From assembly GCA_964016885.1 (NCBI GenBank), contig OZ024740.1, positions 59,148,001 to 59,212,000 on the forward strand: a stretch of DNA of 64,000 nucleotides, read 5' to 3'. Positions 12,899 through 24,436 of the stretch are shown here, one piece after another (position 1 is the stretch's first letter; every line of letters starts with the position of its first letter). The translations under genes were made by a program, and so were the position numbers. Origin of the DNA: Eledone cirrhosa. Taxonomy: Eukaryota. A model generated the notes under the pieces. That model had not been told where the DNA came from. It saw only the letters and a list, made by a program, of their open reading frames with translations, and did not search any database.

Positions 12899-13084
12899 TT
12901 AATCTGTTATTTTAATAAATATTTGCTCTACGGTTCTTATATATTTGATATATATTTATCCTTATCGAGCCCTCTTTGGATTTTAGTCTTCAAATTTATT
13001 ATTATTACTATATATATATATATATACATATATTTTATATATATATATTCATATATATGATATATATATATATAAACATATATA

Positions 13085-13124
<40 letters not shown>

Positions 13125-13125
<1 letters not shown>

Positions 13126-13680
13126 AACGGAAAAAATGAAACGAAATTTCATTTCTCACTCTTAGTACGTCTGTTACTTAAATATAAGTATGTACACGTA
13201 CATACATATATGTATACAGACGTACAGTAGTATGTATATATATATATACATACATGCACATATATATATATATGTACGTATGGATTCACCGAACATTTAT
13301 TATAATGCTCGGTGTGTTTGTAAACAAACATCCCGTATTAAGCCGTAGTGTCTAGCAACCATCGTTGCTCGTTTGTTCAACACTGACAAAGGAGCGCTGT
13401 ACTAGTTTCAAGCTTATTAGCTATCGTCAGCAACGTATACCTTCCTGTCAGATTGTTGAACGTATATACTTACCTTATGCATATTAACGGCTGAGTAGCC
13501 CAATTTGCATATCGAGTGGGTTAATCGGCCGGGTGCACCGAAAACGATAAACGGAAAAAATGAAACGAAATTTCATTTCCAACTCTTAGTACGGCTGTTA
13601 CTTAAATATAAGTATGTACACGTACATACATATATGTATACAGACGTACAGTAGTATGTATATATATATACATACATGTA
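13125..13680 (-). mobile_element. 424-bp retrozyme-like element, 1.3 tandem units
   Basis: aaacggaaaaaatgaaacg recurs at 13125 and 13549; HHR at 13395; paralogues at 30763 and 49490. Confidence 0.8.
13395..13435 (-). ncRNA. Type I hammerhead
   Basis: CGUUG CUGACGA U AGCU aaua AGCU U GAAA CUAG UA CAGCG. Confidence 0.85.
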
Positions 13681-13749
13681 TACTATATATATATACATAT
13701 ATATATATAGAATATATATCTATATACGTATATGATATACATAATATAT

Positions 13750-15990
13750 ATGGTTTACTATACGGGTGACCATAGTATGTCCCACCATTCCAGATGCTTT
13801 CAGCATTTCAGCAACTATCTCCGAAGGCCCAGCTGCCTTGCCTGCCTTGCCTGTCTTCACATCTTTGATTGCCTCATTTATTATACTACCTTTAACTTGC
13901 ACTGCTGGTCCCTCTATTGGATCGATTTGGGGCAGACTATCTTTTTCCCATTTATTCTCCTCATTTAGTAGCCTCTCGGTGTGACACTTCCAAACTACCT
14001 TCTTATCAGTATTAGTGATGGCAAGTATACCATCATCATTACGGACACACTTCTTCCCGACAATATCACGGTTTTCCTTGACACATTGTCTTGCAATCCT
14101 GAATACCTCACGTTTTTGGTCCTCGCGTTGTAGAACATGCTTGAACTTTCTTTCCTCTGCTTCCCTTCTTGCAAGGTACACTTGTCTCCTATCTTCCCTC
14201 CTGGTCACTTGATAGTTTTCTCTACTTCCCCCATCCTACCATACTTTCCAAGCTTGCTTTTTGGCCTTGTTCCACCTTACTGTTCCACCACCATGTTACT
14301 CTCCTCCTGCCTATAGGTCTGCTCCACCACCATGTTACTCTCCTCCTACCTATAGGTCTGCCCAGCCACAGATTTCATCTGTCGCCTTCAGCAGGTTAAC
14401 TTTCAGGATTTCCCACTGTCCCTTTATATCGCACGTCTCTAATTGCTCTTCCTTATTGTCAAAGTCATCAAGTAATAAGCTTTTAAATTTGTCACTGGCT
14501 ATGGGGTCCTTCAACTTCCATATTCTTCTCCTCAAGGTAGGCCTCCTCTGTCGTCGAGTACGTCTATTCCTGACTATGAGGTCACTAACTACTAGGCTAT
14601 GTTGGGAGGTGGATACTTCACGGGGGAGGGATTTAGTGTTTACAACAGACACTTTGTGCCGTCTTCTAGTAAGGATATAATCTATCTGGCTGGTGTGTTC
14701 CCCTGATCTATCGGTGATCAAGTGGTTTTCACGTTTTTTTAAGTTTGTGTTACAGATAGTTAGGCTATTTGCATCACAGAATTCCAGGATTCTGAAGCCC
14801 TCCTCTTTTCTATTTCCAACCCCATAGCCTCCATGGATTCCATCATAGCCATCACCATGTTGTCCAACGTGCCCGTTTAGATCGCCAGCAATAATTAAGT
14901 AGTCACTGTCGGTTATTTGGGAGGTAGTGTGCATTAGCATCTCATAGAACCTGTCCTTTATAACGTCAGGTAGACCAGATTGGAGTGCATAAGCAGATAT
15001 TATTGTCACAGTAGTTCTATTTAGAACTAGTCTATATTCAATTATACTGTCATTCACTCTATTTACGTTAATTACCTTATCTACCATTTTTCAGCTAACA
15101 TAATTCCTACATCCTACACCACCCTGTCCGGTGTCATTTCCCACCCAGAAAAGTTTATAGCATCGTTTTTTACCCACAATGAATCTGGCAGACCCCCCCC
15201 CTCTCTCCACCTAGTCTTTTGAATACAACAAACATCAACTTCTTTACGTTCAAGCATCTCTACAACCTCATTTGAGCGACCTTTCAATGTGCCTCCGTTC
15301 ATGGTACCAACTCTGAAGTTGGGAGTGTGGGATGGATGGGTTGGAGGGGCAGGGAGGGGTGTGGGAAACGGAATTATGTTGGTCATCCGTGTCTGAAATA
15401 AAGAGGAGTCCTTGTATTCTCGTCTTGCAGCGGGAGGTGAATATATTTTTATCTGTGACATTGTCATTGAGTGCTTAAACTTTCCAAATTCCGCAGTCAA
15501 CCCATCAAACAGGTCTAAACTTAAGGAGTAGTAACCGAACCGAGGTGGTAGCTTTGCTATACTGATTTGTTAGAGAACTTACTATAAGCCGCTGAGTTAT
15601 GATTGGACCATATAGCATGTTTGGACCATATAGCAATGGTGGTGTGTGGTAAATGGGTAACTTTAGGAGTAGATTAGTTTTTAGGAAGGGTCCAACAGAA
15701 TGAGACATATTATTAAAAACATGTAAAATATTAATTGAAAATCCGAGAGAAAAACGGAGAATTTGAATTCTAGACTGGCATTGCTTATTGAGTCGACTAC
15801 AGGAAAAGGGAAGACAAGTATTTTGCTTACTTTCTCAAAATCGACAGATCGCCCGTAAGATAATTTAGATAGATAAATTCTGTCCTTGGGAAGCTAGCAA
15901 GATTTATTTTATACTTGCGATCAGGCGGGGGGGGGGGGGGATATGAGAGAAGGAGCAGAGTGTTTACAAAGTTTGCGAGCGAGATGCAGG
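13750..15990 (-). mobile_element. RTE LINE (subfamily B) 5' half: putative 5' UTR, APE endonuclease, start of RT; degenerate
   Basis: ORFs 15114-15500, 14350-15087 (AGDLNGHVG, SQIDYIL), 13720-14208 (KAAGP); 39-bp duplication at 14285-14362; 5' limit approximate. Confidence 0.85.
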
Positions 15991-16177
15991 AAGGTTCAAG
16001 AATAATTAATTAATAATAATACTCCACATCGTTTAACGTCTATCTTCCACGCTAGCATATATATATATATATGTATTATATATAAAGGTTTACATATACA
16101 TAAAGTTATAGATATATATGCTGCAACCGGTCACTTTTAGGCTCTATGAAGAATTAATAAATTAAATAATCAGAGCA

Positions 16178-17074
16178 ATATATCATAAATCATGTCCTTA
16201 GAATTATTAGATAAAATATATACCGTTTCCTCTTCCAATTAGCATAATTAACCATATAAAAAATCAATTAGACTGTAGCAGTGGCCTCCCTTGTTGTGAC
16301 TCACAACCCCAATAGATTAACAACATCTAGACGGGAAGTAGAACCCTTTCTGTAACTTCCGGTCAGAACCCTATAAAACTAACAACTTTAAGCTCTCTCC
16401 CTCTCATTTGCCCTTCCGGCGCTTGGCCTTCGCCAGGCGTCTCGCGTTTGCCTGGCAATCAAAACGGTAACTACTAACTTTGCTTCATTCTTTCATATAT
16501 TTCATTGACATGTCAACTATACTGTTAGATTGTTAATTAAATATTATACACACAAACCATGTCTCCTTGTTACATTCATACAACCCAGTATCTTCGCTAT
16601 AAGACCAAGCTATAAGAAGAAAGGCTCTTATGAAGAAATCTCCGACAAATAACTGAAAGTGGGCTCTTCGCGGTGGCCCCAATAGAGTATTTATCCAACA
16701 TTTCGACAGCATGTAGAAACTGACTAAATATACCATCAACCATACACAATTAGGTGTAAAATTAAACTTAGAAGAAATGTGTACATACCGTAATTATATC
16801 TCTACCATTATTTAAACCATGGTAGAGATATAATTACGGTAACTACACATTTCTTCTCAGTTTAATTCTACATGCTGTCGAAATGTTGGATAAATACTCT
16901 ATTGGGGCCACCGCGAAGAGGCCACTTTCAGTTATTTGTCGGAGATTTCTCCATAAGAGCCTTTCTTCTTATAGCTTGGTCTAATTGATTTTTTATATGG
17001 TTAATTATGCTAATTGGAAGAGGAAACGGTATATATTTTATCTAATAATTCTAAGGACATGATTTATGATATAT
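16178..17074. repeat. Fold-back element whose right arm lacks two internal blocks
   Basis: 16819-17074 is the reverse complement of 16178-16273 + 16606-16718 + 16762-16808. Confidence 0.85.
16332..16419 (+). promoter_or_regulatory. Putative Pol II core promoter (ETS-like sites, TATA, Inr-like)
   Basis: cgggaagt 16332, acttccgg 16355, tataaaa 16372, tcattt 16404, cttccgg 16413. Confidence 0.4.
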
Positions 17075-17276
17075 GTATTATATATATATATATATGATAC
17101 ATATAAGTGACATATATATATATACAAATGACATATAATATATACAAATGACATATAATATATATATATATATATATGATATAAATGTGATATATATGTA
17201 TTTTATATATATATAACATATATATATATACATATGACATACATAAGTATATATGATATATATATATTACATATAT

Positions 17277-18372
17277 AGTAGATGAGAAAACAGAACCCAG
17301 ATCCCCTTGGGGAAATGGCCTTGCTCAGTATGTAGGAACGGTGTAGGTAGGAACTCCATTCTCTGCCCCAAATGCAAACAATGGGTACTCAAGAGATGTA
17401 GCGGGATCTCAGGAAGCTTAATTAAGAATGTAGGATTCACATGCAGCAGCTGTGCTGAAACAGCAAGCAAACAGCCACAGAAAACAAGTACCACCAATCT
17501 CTGGGAGGGCTCTGTAGAAACAGTAGACAGCTTCTGCTACCTAGGTGACCGAATTAGCAGCGGAAGTGGGTGTTCGGAAAGTACAATAACTAGGGTAAGA
17601 ACGGGATGGAAGAAGTTCAGGGAACTACTACCACTGCTAGCTGCAAAAGGCTTCTCCCTCAAAATGAAAGGCAGACAGTATGATCCGTGTATCCGAACAG
17701 CAATGTTACATGGTAGTCAGACCCGGTCGCTGACTGTGGAAGACTTGCGCAGATTAGAAAGAAACGAAGCCTGCATGCTCCGATGGATGTGTAATAGTAA
17801 TATATGCGAACGGCAAAGTATAAACAAATTGAGAGAGAGACTGAGCATAAGAGGAATCAAATGCTGCGTGCAGGAGAGGCAGTTGTGTTGGTATGGACAT
17901 GTGATGCGTATGAAGGATGACAGCTGCATAAAAAGGTGCAGAGCACTAGAAGTCGATGGAAACCACGGAGTGGGGAGACCCAAGAAGACCTGGGACGAGG
18001 TGATAAAAGCTGACCTTACCCAATTACACCTCTCAAAGACGATGACACACGACTATGACCCCTGGCGTCACGCAGTAGTACAGAAGACCCGACCCCCCAC
18101 GGATACAAGCCGAAGCTGAAGCATATAGACAATATGCCACCACACCCTCCCACTGTAAAGTGGACGTGTAGGCGCCACGGAAAAAAGCACCCAGCAATCA
18201 CTGTAAATGCGGTTGGTGTTAGGAAGGGCATCCAGCTGCAGAAATCAAACCAGAATCAGTTCCCGTAAGAACGAGGCATGGTTAGCCGACCGGACATTGC
18301 CCACAACGGGACAACCCGTCTAACCCATGCTAGCGTGGAAGAACGGATGTAAAACGGTGATGATGATGATGA
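17277..18372 (+). mobile_element. 5'-truncated RTE LINE (subfamily A)
   Basis: ORF 17307-18119, 3' UTR and (GAT)n tail. Confidence 0.92.
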
Positions 18373-18496
18373 TATATATATATGATATATATATTACATA
18401 TATATATATATATATATATATATGTCGTATATATATAATATATATATCATATATATTATCATATATATATCATATATATCATATATATTATATATA

Positions 18497-18738
18497 TTAT
18501 CATCATCATCAGCACTGTTTTACGTCCGTTCTTTCACGCTAGCATGGCTTGGATGGGTTGTCCCGTCGTGGGCGATGTCTGGTCGGCTGACCATGCCTTG
18601 CTCATATGGGAACTGATTCTGGCTTGATTTCTGCAGCTGGATGCCCTTCCTAACACCAACTTCATTTACAGTGAGTGCTGGGTGGTTTTTTCCGAGGCGC
18701 CTACACGTCCACTTTACAGTGTGGGCTGGGTGCTTTTT
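18497..18738 (-). mobile_element. RTE subfamily A 3' UTR fragment
   Basis: Reverse complement of 18140-18372. Confidence 0.85.
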
Positions 18739-18839
18739 ATATATATATGACATATGTATATATGATTTATTTATATACATATATATATATATGATATATT
18801 ACATATATATATGATATATATATATATGATATATATGAT

Positions 18840-19146
18840 ATCATCATCATCATCATCATCATTTTACGTCCCCTTTTTCCCTGCTTGCAAGGGTGGGACG
18901 GGAACTGATTCTGGCTTGATTTCTACAGCTGGATGCCCTTCCTAACACCAACCTCATTTACAGTGAGTGCTGGTTGCTTTTTCGCCGTGGCACCTCTACG
19001 ACCACTTTGCAATGAGATGATAGGGACTGGGGTCCCTATCATCTCATTTCTACAGCTGAGTAAACTGGAGCAATATGAAATAAAGTGTCTTGCTCAAGGA
19101 AACAACACATCACCCGGTCCGAGAATTGAACTCACAACCTTTCGCC
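18840..19146 (-). mobile_element. SINE family 2 (5' end clipped)
   Basis: Reverse complement of 10975-11312. Confidence 0.85.
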
Positions 19147-19172
19147 TTCACGATGATATATATCTGATATAT

Positions 19173-19675
19173 ATTAATAATAATAAATTTGAAGACTAAA
19201 ATCCAAAGAGGGCTCGATAAGGATAAATATATATCAAGTATATAAGAACTGTAGAGCAAATATTTATTAAAATAACAGATTAAAGTTTAAGCAAAGAATC
19301 GCGGCTTTCACCCTTAACCGGATCATCTGAAACTAAAAAAATCAATCTGTGAACGCAGAAGTAAATATTTCGAAAAACGTTGGAACCAAAGGAAGACAGG
19401 AAGACGATACATTGGTTCGTCTGTATCAGGAGTTTTAGGTATGTTTTCCTGCTTGGTACGGGTATGTTCTTTATAGAAATATTCAGATGTTGTTTCTGCA
19501 TGATGAATATAAGTCACGAACTAAAGTATCGTCTTCCTGTCTTCCTTCGGTTGCAACGTTTTTCGAAATATTTACTTCGGTGTTCACAGATTTATTTTTT
19601 TAGTTTCAGAAGATCCCGTAAAGGGTGAAAGCAGCGATTCTTTGCTTAAATTTTAATCTGTTATTTTAATAAATA
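19173..19675 (-). mobile_element. Miniature PLE derivative: inverted pLTR pair around an ORF-start fragment
   Basis: Both arms match 12765-13000; spacer encodes MQKQHLNISIKNIPVPSRKTYLKLLIQT. Confidence 0.7.
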
Positions 19676-19676
19676 T

Positions 19677-21348
19677 ATCATCATCACTGTTTTACGTCCG
19701 TTCTTCCATGCTAGCATGGGTTAGACGGGTTGTCCTGTTGTGGGAAGTGTCTGGTCATACAGGAACTGATTTGGGCTGGAATTCTACAGCTGGATGCCCT
19801 TCCTAACACCAACCTCATTTAGAGTGAGTGCTGGGTGCTTTTTCCGTAGCGCCTACACGTCTACCTTACAGTGTGGGCCGGGTGCTTTTTTGCCGTGGCA
19901 CCTCCACGACCACCTTGCAGTGGGAGGGTGTGGGGGCATATTGTCTATATGCTTCAGCTTGTACCCATGGGAGGTGGGGTACTCTGTATTACTGCGTGAC
20001 GCCAGAGGTCACGGTCGTGGGTCATCGCCTTTGAGAGGTGTAATTGGGTAAGGTCGGCTTTTATCACCTCATCCCATGTCTTCTTGGGTCTCCCCACTCC
20101 GCAGTTTCCATTGACTTCTAGTGCTCTGCACCTTTTTATGCAGCTGTCATCCTTCATACGCATCACATGTCCATACCAACGCAACCGCCTCTCCTGCACA
20201 CAGCATTTGATTCCCCTTAGGCTCAGTCTCTCTCTCAATTCATTTATGCTTTGTCGTTCGCGTATATTACTATTACACATCCATCGGAGCATGCAGGCGT
20301 CGTTTCTTTCTAATCTATGTAAGTCTTCCGCCTTCAGTGCCCAGGTCTCACTACCATATAGCATTGCTGTTCGGATACACGCATCATACAGTCTGCCTTT
20401 CATTTTGAGGGAGAAGCCTTTTGCAACTAGCAGTGGCAGTAGTTCCCTGAACTTCTTCCATCCCATTCTTACCCTAGTTATTGTACTTTCTGAACACCCA
20501 CCTCCGCTGCTAATTCGGTCACCTAGGTAGCAGAAGCTGTCTACTGTTTCTATAGAGCCCTCCCAGAGATTGGTGGTACTTGTTTCTTGTGGCTGTTTGC
20601 TGCTTGCTCTCCCAGCACAGCTACTGCATGTGAAGCCTACATTCTTAATTAAGCTTTCTGAGATCCCGTAACATCTCTTGTGTACCCATTGTTTGCATTT
20701 GGGGCAGAGAATGGAGTTCCTACCTACACCTTTCCTACATACTGAGCAAGGCCATTTCCCTGATGGGATCTGGGTTCTGTTTTCTCATCTACTTACAAGG
20801 ACCTTAGTCTTTGTCATGTTGACTTTGAAACCCTTTCTTTCTAGTCCCTGCTTCCAAGTTTGGAATTTCTTCTCTAGTTCTACCATAGATTCAGCTATAA
20901 GTGCGAGGTCATCAGCATACAGAAGTTCCCATGGGCATCTGGTCGTAAACTCCTCCGTTATTGCCGGCAGGACTATGATGAACAGGAGAGGGCTAAGAAC
21001 AGAGCCCTGGTGGTCACCAACCTGTACGCTAAATTCCTCGCTATACTCATTGCTAATCCTAACTTTGCTGACTGCTCCCCTATACATGGCTTGTACAGCT
21101 TTCACAAGCCATTCATCTACTCCTAGTTTTCTAAGAGCCCACCAGATTACAGCACATGGAACTCTGTCAAAGGCTTTCTCGAGATCGACGAATGCCAGGT
21201 AGAGTGACTTACTTTTAACTAGGTACTTTTCCTGTAACTGCCTCACAAGGAAGAGGGCATAAGTGGTGCCTCTTCCTGGTACAAACCCAAATTGCATCTC
21301 ATCTATTTTCACCTGGTCCCTAATCAACTGTGCTATAACTCTTTCTGT
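19677..21348 (-). mobile_element. 5'-truncated RTE LINE (subfamily A)
   Basis: ORFs 20785-21327 (QFGF, DLEKAFD, LYADD) and 19954-20466; tail present. Confidence 0.92.
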
Positions 21349-21492
21349 TATATATATACATATATGATATATATATATATATATATGATATATATATATA
21401 TATGATATATATATATATATGATATATATATATATGATAAATTAATAAAATAATGAATAAACAAAGAAACAGTTCCTTATATTAAAAAAATT

Positions 21493-21632
21493 CATCATTT
21501 TACGATCGTTTCTAGGATATATATGTGTTAGAGTTGGTATGCATATTCTATAGATCTATGTACAATATTTATACAAACTATCAGAGGGAATATACATACC
21601 TACACATATATATGCTGTCTTCAGAAATAATG
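21493..21632 (-). ncRNA. Type I hammerhead with ~105-nt stem II
   Basis: CAUUAUUU CUGAAGA CAG C AUAUAUAUGUGU...ACACAUAUAUAU C CUA GAAA CGAUCG UA AAAUGAUG. Confidence 0.8.
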
Positions 21633-22054
21633 ATATTTGTTTATTGAAAAAAACAAAGATTCAATACAATAGGTCTGTTTGGGAACAGGTTTTGAATTGA
21701 CCAATAGAGAGATAGTGAGGGTCAAGATAGTAATATAGTAGTAGAAGAACCTTAAATTATTTATCATTTCCCTTTCTTCCTTTTCCTTTTCTTTTCTTTT
21801 TCTTTTAATTTCTAACCCCTAATCTGTACCTTTTCTCACTGTGCCTAACATAGAAACAATTATTACACAATACAATATATTCTTACTTTATATCACCTTG
21901 AAAAAATCCTTCGTAAACATAAACATTTTTTTGTCGTTAGATTATTCATCCTCAATTCATTATTTTTTTCTCACTTTCATGTTTCATCCTATCTTCTACT
22001 TTTTTCACAATATATCCTTACTTACATTACCTTTGCTATTTTTAATAATACATA

Positions 22055-22212
22055 TCAACATTTTCTTTCCATCGCACATATTATTAAACCCTTAAATATT
22101 ATTCTTAATACATATTAACATATTCTTTCCATCGCACATATTATTAAACCCTTAAATATTATTCTTAATACATATTAACAATTTCTTTTCATCGCACATA
22201 TTATGAAACCCT
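22055..22212 (+). repeat. 60-bp tandem repeat, ~2.6 copies
   Basis: ttccatcgcacatattattaaaccctt recurs at 60-bp spacing. Confidence 0.8.
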
Positions 22213-22721
22213 TCAATATACAAACCTTAACTTTACATTATTTTTCTCTTCGTTAATTTTCAAATTCTTTTAATTTATACATTATCTTCCAACGGTTTTT
22301 CAACCTCTCTATGTAAAACAATATATTTTTCTCAGTTATAAAAGCTATCTCTCTCTCTCTCTATCACCCATCTCTCCTCCTATCTCATCCTTCCTCATTA
22401 TACTCCTCCCCCTCCACTTTTTACTCTCATCTCCTCCTCTTTTTCATCCTTTCCACCCCCCCCCCTCTCAAAAAAATGTTTTCCCCAATATCACACATCA
22501 ATCTAAAACTACTTTTCATATGTTGATTTAAAACTGCACTATCCACAAGTGTTTTTTAACCTTCATATCATGTCTTCCTATTTTATCTGATGAAAACACA
22601 AATGTTATTGCATGATGATATTTGTTTTTGAAATGCGCATAATAAAATACATGGAACTCTTTTAACCATCTTTTGATCTTATATATTATGTATGGCTGAA
22701 ACAGGTAAAAGAGTAAAAGAG

Positions 22722-22762
<41 letters not shown>

Positions 22763-22771
22763 CTTGTTGGG

Positions 22772-24436
22772 TTGTTCCTCCTTAATGAACTATATGCTAC
22801 CTTCCCGCACCTTATAGGTGGACTGTATCGTGATGATACATTGTTTGTAATTAACTCTAGCACCAACAATGTAGAACATAATAAGAAGAAGCTTTATAAG
22901 TTTTTTAAAAGCTATAACCTTTCGATCACGATAGATAGAAATGATAGAGCGGTTAACTTTTTAGATGTGACTTTGGACTTGGTCACTAATAGTTTTAAAC
23001 CCTTCCATAAGCCTAATGAAATACTTTCTTATGTTAGTCCCAATTCTAACCACCCCAAGTCTATGATAAGCTCTATAATTAAGGCTGTATCTAATAGGAT
23101 TTCCACATTTTCTAAGGACGTAGGAACTTTTAATGAACACGCGGAGTACTATAATAAGGCCCTAGCAAATTCAGGTTACTCTAGTAAAATACACTATAAT
23201 AATAGTAACCTTAGAAAATCTCCGCTTACTTTTAATAATAATAACATAATATCACATAACATGGCCATGAATGGGACTAGCAGACATAGTAACCGTAAAA
23301 ATTATATGGGTGTATCTGAACCCATCCATAAGTTAAACCACCGGACTCGTAATAGTGAATATAATACCTCTAGGAAACAAGTAGAACCCCCTGAGCGCTC
23401 ACACATTGGTGATAATTTTGCTGGATCTTATTCTGATAATGTTGCTCCTACTGATCCTATCATTGGCCCCAATCCGTTTGATGGGATTCCGGGCAGCAGA
23501 AGATCTACTGGAGGTAGAAACTGTAATAGACTTAATGAAATTTCGGCTGATTCTACGAATGCGGTTTTAACCAATCCTTGTAGTAACCCTAGTCTCGATG
23601 GCGGGATATTTGATAATGGTAGAGTCCGTAAGAATAAAAATAGAAGGCGATTAAATACTTATTTTAACCCGCCATATAATCAGGAAGTATCAACTAATAT
23701 CCCTAGGTCTTTCTTCTCCATCTTAGAGAAAAATTTCCCCCCTTCTCATAAATACCATAGTATTTTTAATAAAAATGTTATTAAACTTTCATTCTCTACC
23801 ACCCCTAATATTAGTTCTCATTTAGCTAGCACTAATAATAGGAAAATTAGGGATGGATTCTCCTCTCTACATACTACTAGTCTGAACAGATCTGGCAATG
23901 CATTACCACCGGAACAGTCCTTATCTAATAGCAATCCTACGTGTAATGCATCACCACTTGAGCCAACCAATAACACCCGGAAGTGCAATTGTAGAGTGAG
24001 TGCTAACTGCCCTTTAAATGGTAACTGCCTTTCTAAGAACATTGTCTATGCTTGCGAAGTTATAACTAATTCCTCTAATAGAACTTATATAGGCTCCACA
24101 TCTAACTCTTTTAAGACTAGATTTAACTCCCATATCTCCAATTTCAAACATGTTAGGTTTAAGAATTCCACTTCTTTAGCACATTATATCTGGGATCTTA
24201 AGGGAGCTAAGATACCATATAGCCTTAACTGGCGTTTAGTAGCACGCTCTAACCACCTTTCTACACATACTAGGTTTTGTAATCTCTGCATCCTTGAGAC
24301 ACACTATATAATTTTCTCTAGCGTACCCTTACTTAATAGAAAGTCTGAGATATTCTCTTCTTGCCCCCACGCTATTTCTAATTCATACTTTTATTATAAA
24401 CCTAAACGTTCTAGTAGTACAAATTGTACCCATTAG
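22772..24436 (+). CDS. PLE reverse transcriptase (from the YRDD motif) + GIY-YIG endonuclease
   Basis: GLYRDD, VNFLDVTLDL, SNHP, CNCRVSANC, IVY..TYIGST, CNLC, LLNRKSE. Confidence 0.9.
   Translation: MFLLNELYATFPHLIGGLYRDDTLFVINSSTNNVEHNKKKLYKFFKSYNLSITIDRNDRAVNFLDVTLDLVTNSFKPFHKPNEILSYVSPNSNHPKSMISSIIKAVSNRISTFSKDVGTFNEHAEYYNKALANSGYSSKIHYNNSNLRKSPLTFNNNNIISHNMAMNGTSRHSNRKNYMGVSEPIHKLNHRTRNSEYNTSRKQVEPPERSHIGDNFAGSYSDNVAPTDPIIGPNPFDGIPGSRRSTGGRNCNRLNEISADSTNAVLTNPCSNPSLDGGIFDNGRVRKNKNRRRLNTYFNPPYNQEVSTNIPRSFFSILEKNFPPSHKYHSIFNKNVIKLSFSTTPNISSHLASTNNRKIRDGFSSLHTTSLNRSGNALPPEQSLSNSNPTCNASPLEPTNNTRKCNCRVSANCPLNGNCLSKNIVYACEVITNSSNRTYIGSTSNSFKTRFNSHISNFKHVRFKNSTSLAHYIWDLKGAKIPYSLNWRLVARSNHLSTHTRFCNLCILETHYIIFSSVPLLNRKSEIFSSCPHAISNSYFYYKPKRSSSTNCTH

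Larger units (their letters stand above)
11325..13008 (+). mobile_element. 5'-truncated Penelope-like element (Naiad-like)
   Basis: GIY-YIG ORF, long 3' UTR, HHR-like motif at 12848, tail running into (TA)n. Confidence 0.85.

Noticed and set aside
16274-16605. Spliceosomal intron explaining the arm difference
   Set aside because: No register gives GT..AG on either strand; the junction has a 4-bp microhomology
23984-24030. Selenocysteine UGA codons reported for some Naiad PLEs
   Set aside because: Linker Cys positions are ordinary Cys codons in all five Naiad-like ORFs here
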